A DNA stretch of 64,000 bases from contig NW_026250410.1 of the NCBI RefSeq assembly GCF_024521635.1, positions 310,001 through 374,000 of the forward strand, written 5' to 3'. Made by a program: the position numbers and the translations under genes. Shown in pieces: positions 62,377-64,000 of this stretch (positions are counted from its first letter, which is position 1; each line of letters begins with the position of its first letter). Source of the stretch: Tricharina praecox (Eukaryota). Under the pieces are notes generated by a model. That model did no database searches and was not told the origin of the DNA. It saw only the letters and a list, made by a program, of their open reading frames with translations.

Positions 62377-62793
62377 GTGGGAGGGAGGGCAGAGGAGGAT
62401 CTTTGGGCGTTGGGTTTTGGGTTTTGGGATGCATGCTTTGGATCGGAGTTTGTTTGTGCGCGGATATCTACCGGCGGCGTTTGGGTTTATGTAGCGGCGA
62501 TAGTTTGTGTGTTTATGCTTTGGTTGTACCGCCTCTGATGATTACTGTTTGGATCATCTCCCTATGGTGAAGAACTTCATGAATACTTCCAATTGTTGTT
62601 TTTTTCTTTGGCCCGTGCGCGATGCATGTCTACACGCTAGCGTGTGTAACATCAGGCAGCTGAAAGCACCGTGGTTTCACAGCAACGCCAGGAACATCAC
62701 TTTACACAGCTCAGCTCTACGACAGACAAACAACCCCCACCATTTCCAAACCTGTCGCCCTACCTACACCGTCGCCCTACCTACACCGCACAA

Positions 62794-64000
62794 ATGCCAC
62801 CACCACCCTCGGCGCCGTCGCTCCTTGGAGACAGCGGCACTGTTGCGGCTCCGGTGTCAGCGCCGTCGTCCCGCAAGAAATACCAAACTGCCCCAGCGTC
62901 GAACCCCAAGATGGAGGAGTTCCTCAAGAACTGGAGGCAAGATGCGCTGAACAAACATCAGTACGATGCGGCGATCTTCATCGGTGATAAACTCTTGGCA
63001 TTGACTGGTAAGTGCCAGGAAACAAACGTCGTTCGACGCCCGGAGGTGCTGACGTTCGCTAGGTGATCCGAAAGATGCGTTCTGGCTTGCGCAAGTGCAC
63101 TTCAGCACCGGCCACTACAACCGCGCACAAACGTTCCTGACGCGTAACGATCTAATCTCGCGCTCCACGTCGTGTCGCTACCTCGCCGCGCTGTGTTTGA
63201 TCAAGCAATCGAAGTACGACGAGGCGTTGACAATCCTCGGCGAGAAGAACCCGTCGCACCTCACCATCGGCAGCACACCCCAGGCGGCTAAGCGTCGCAG
63301 TGGGAAAGGAAACAGTAAAGACCGCGATGAGTACGGAAATAATATTAAGTTCGAGGCGGCGATGTGTTACCTCCGTGGCCTGGTCTATGCGAAGCAGAAT
63401 GCTTTCGACAAGGCTAAGGATTGCTACAAGCAGGCGGTGTTGATCGATGTTAGATGCTTTGAGGCATTTGACCAGCTGATGAAGAATGCTTTGATGAGTC
63501 CCGACGAGGAGTGGAAGTTCCTTGAGAGCCTCGACTTTCAGTGTTTGAGCAGCGATGGAGACGAGGGACAGGAGGCCCATTTTGTTCGCATGCTTTACAC
63601 TACCCGCTTGAGCAAGTATAAGAACCCGGCGGCTTTCAATGCGGCGACTGAAACGTTGGGCACGAGCTACAACCTAGCGCAGAATGCGGACTTGGTAATC
63701 TCTAAGGCGGAACTGCTTTTCACCCAATGCCGGTTCAAGGAGTGCTTGGGGCTCTGTGAGGGCGTGATTGCGGATGACAACTACAACTTCTCGGTCTACC
63801 CGCTGTACTTGGCATGCCTACACGAGCTCAACATGAAGAATAAGTTGTTTCTTGTTGCTCACGACATGTCCGACAACTACCCCGAGGAACCCGTGACGTG
63901 GCTGGCTGTTGGGATCTACTACCTCACCACCGGTAAGATCGCGGAGGCTCGACGGTTCTTCTCCAAAGCGTCAATGATGGATCCCCACTTTGGACCCGCC
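62794..64000 (+). CDS. CDC16: Anaphase-promoting complex TPR subunit Cdc16/Cut9 (3'-truncated by window)
   Basis: MEEFLKNWRQDALNKHQYDAAIFIGDKLLALT, DAFWLAQVHF, CRYLAALC, MCYLRG, DVRCFEAF..L, TWLAVGIYY, ARRFFSKAS.MDPHF. Intron 63008-63062; alternative start at 62911. Confidence 0.95.

Overview
Gene-dense, intron-containing eukaryotic DNA from a filamentous ascomycete. Evidence: short GT-AG introns with CTRAY branch points, fungal-type housekeeping genes and many microsatellites. About 23 protein-coding genes can be built by hand: an APH/kinase-like protein, a Ca3427-like PBP2 protein, MRX11/FLILHELTA, a DUF4048-like coiled-coil protein, a BORCS5/Vab2-like protein, TAD3, QTRT2, a complex I 14-kDa subunit, glucosidase II alpha, CFD1, PPX1, POM34, a degenerate acyl-CoA-synthetase-like protein, GID7/WDR26, QNS1, a membrane protein, a GPI-anchored Ser/Ala-rich protein, a GH31 alpha-xylosidase, a heme-less sulfite oxidase, an Acm1-like protein, ADE6, an Smr protein and a 3'-truncated CDC16. 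No rRNA, tRNA, CRISPR or intact transposon was seen. The best hidden signal is a UGA-CUAG readthrough context at the stop of the DUF4048-like gene (6868-6874), followed in frame by a 57-aa hydrophobic glycine-zipper tail with a basic C-terminus, i.e. a candidate readthrough-generated membrane-anchored isoform. Other leads: a ~1.1-kb ATG-free leader with a possible non-AUG N-terminal extension of GID7/WDR26, a PTS1-bearing plant-like sulfite oxidase, UTR introns on both sides of TAD3 next to QTRT2, and a GC-AG intron. All family assignments come from recalled motifs, not database searches.
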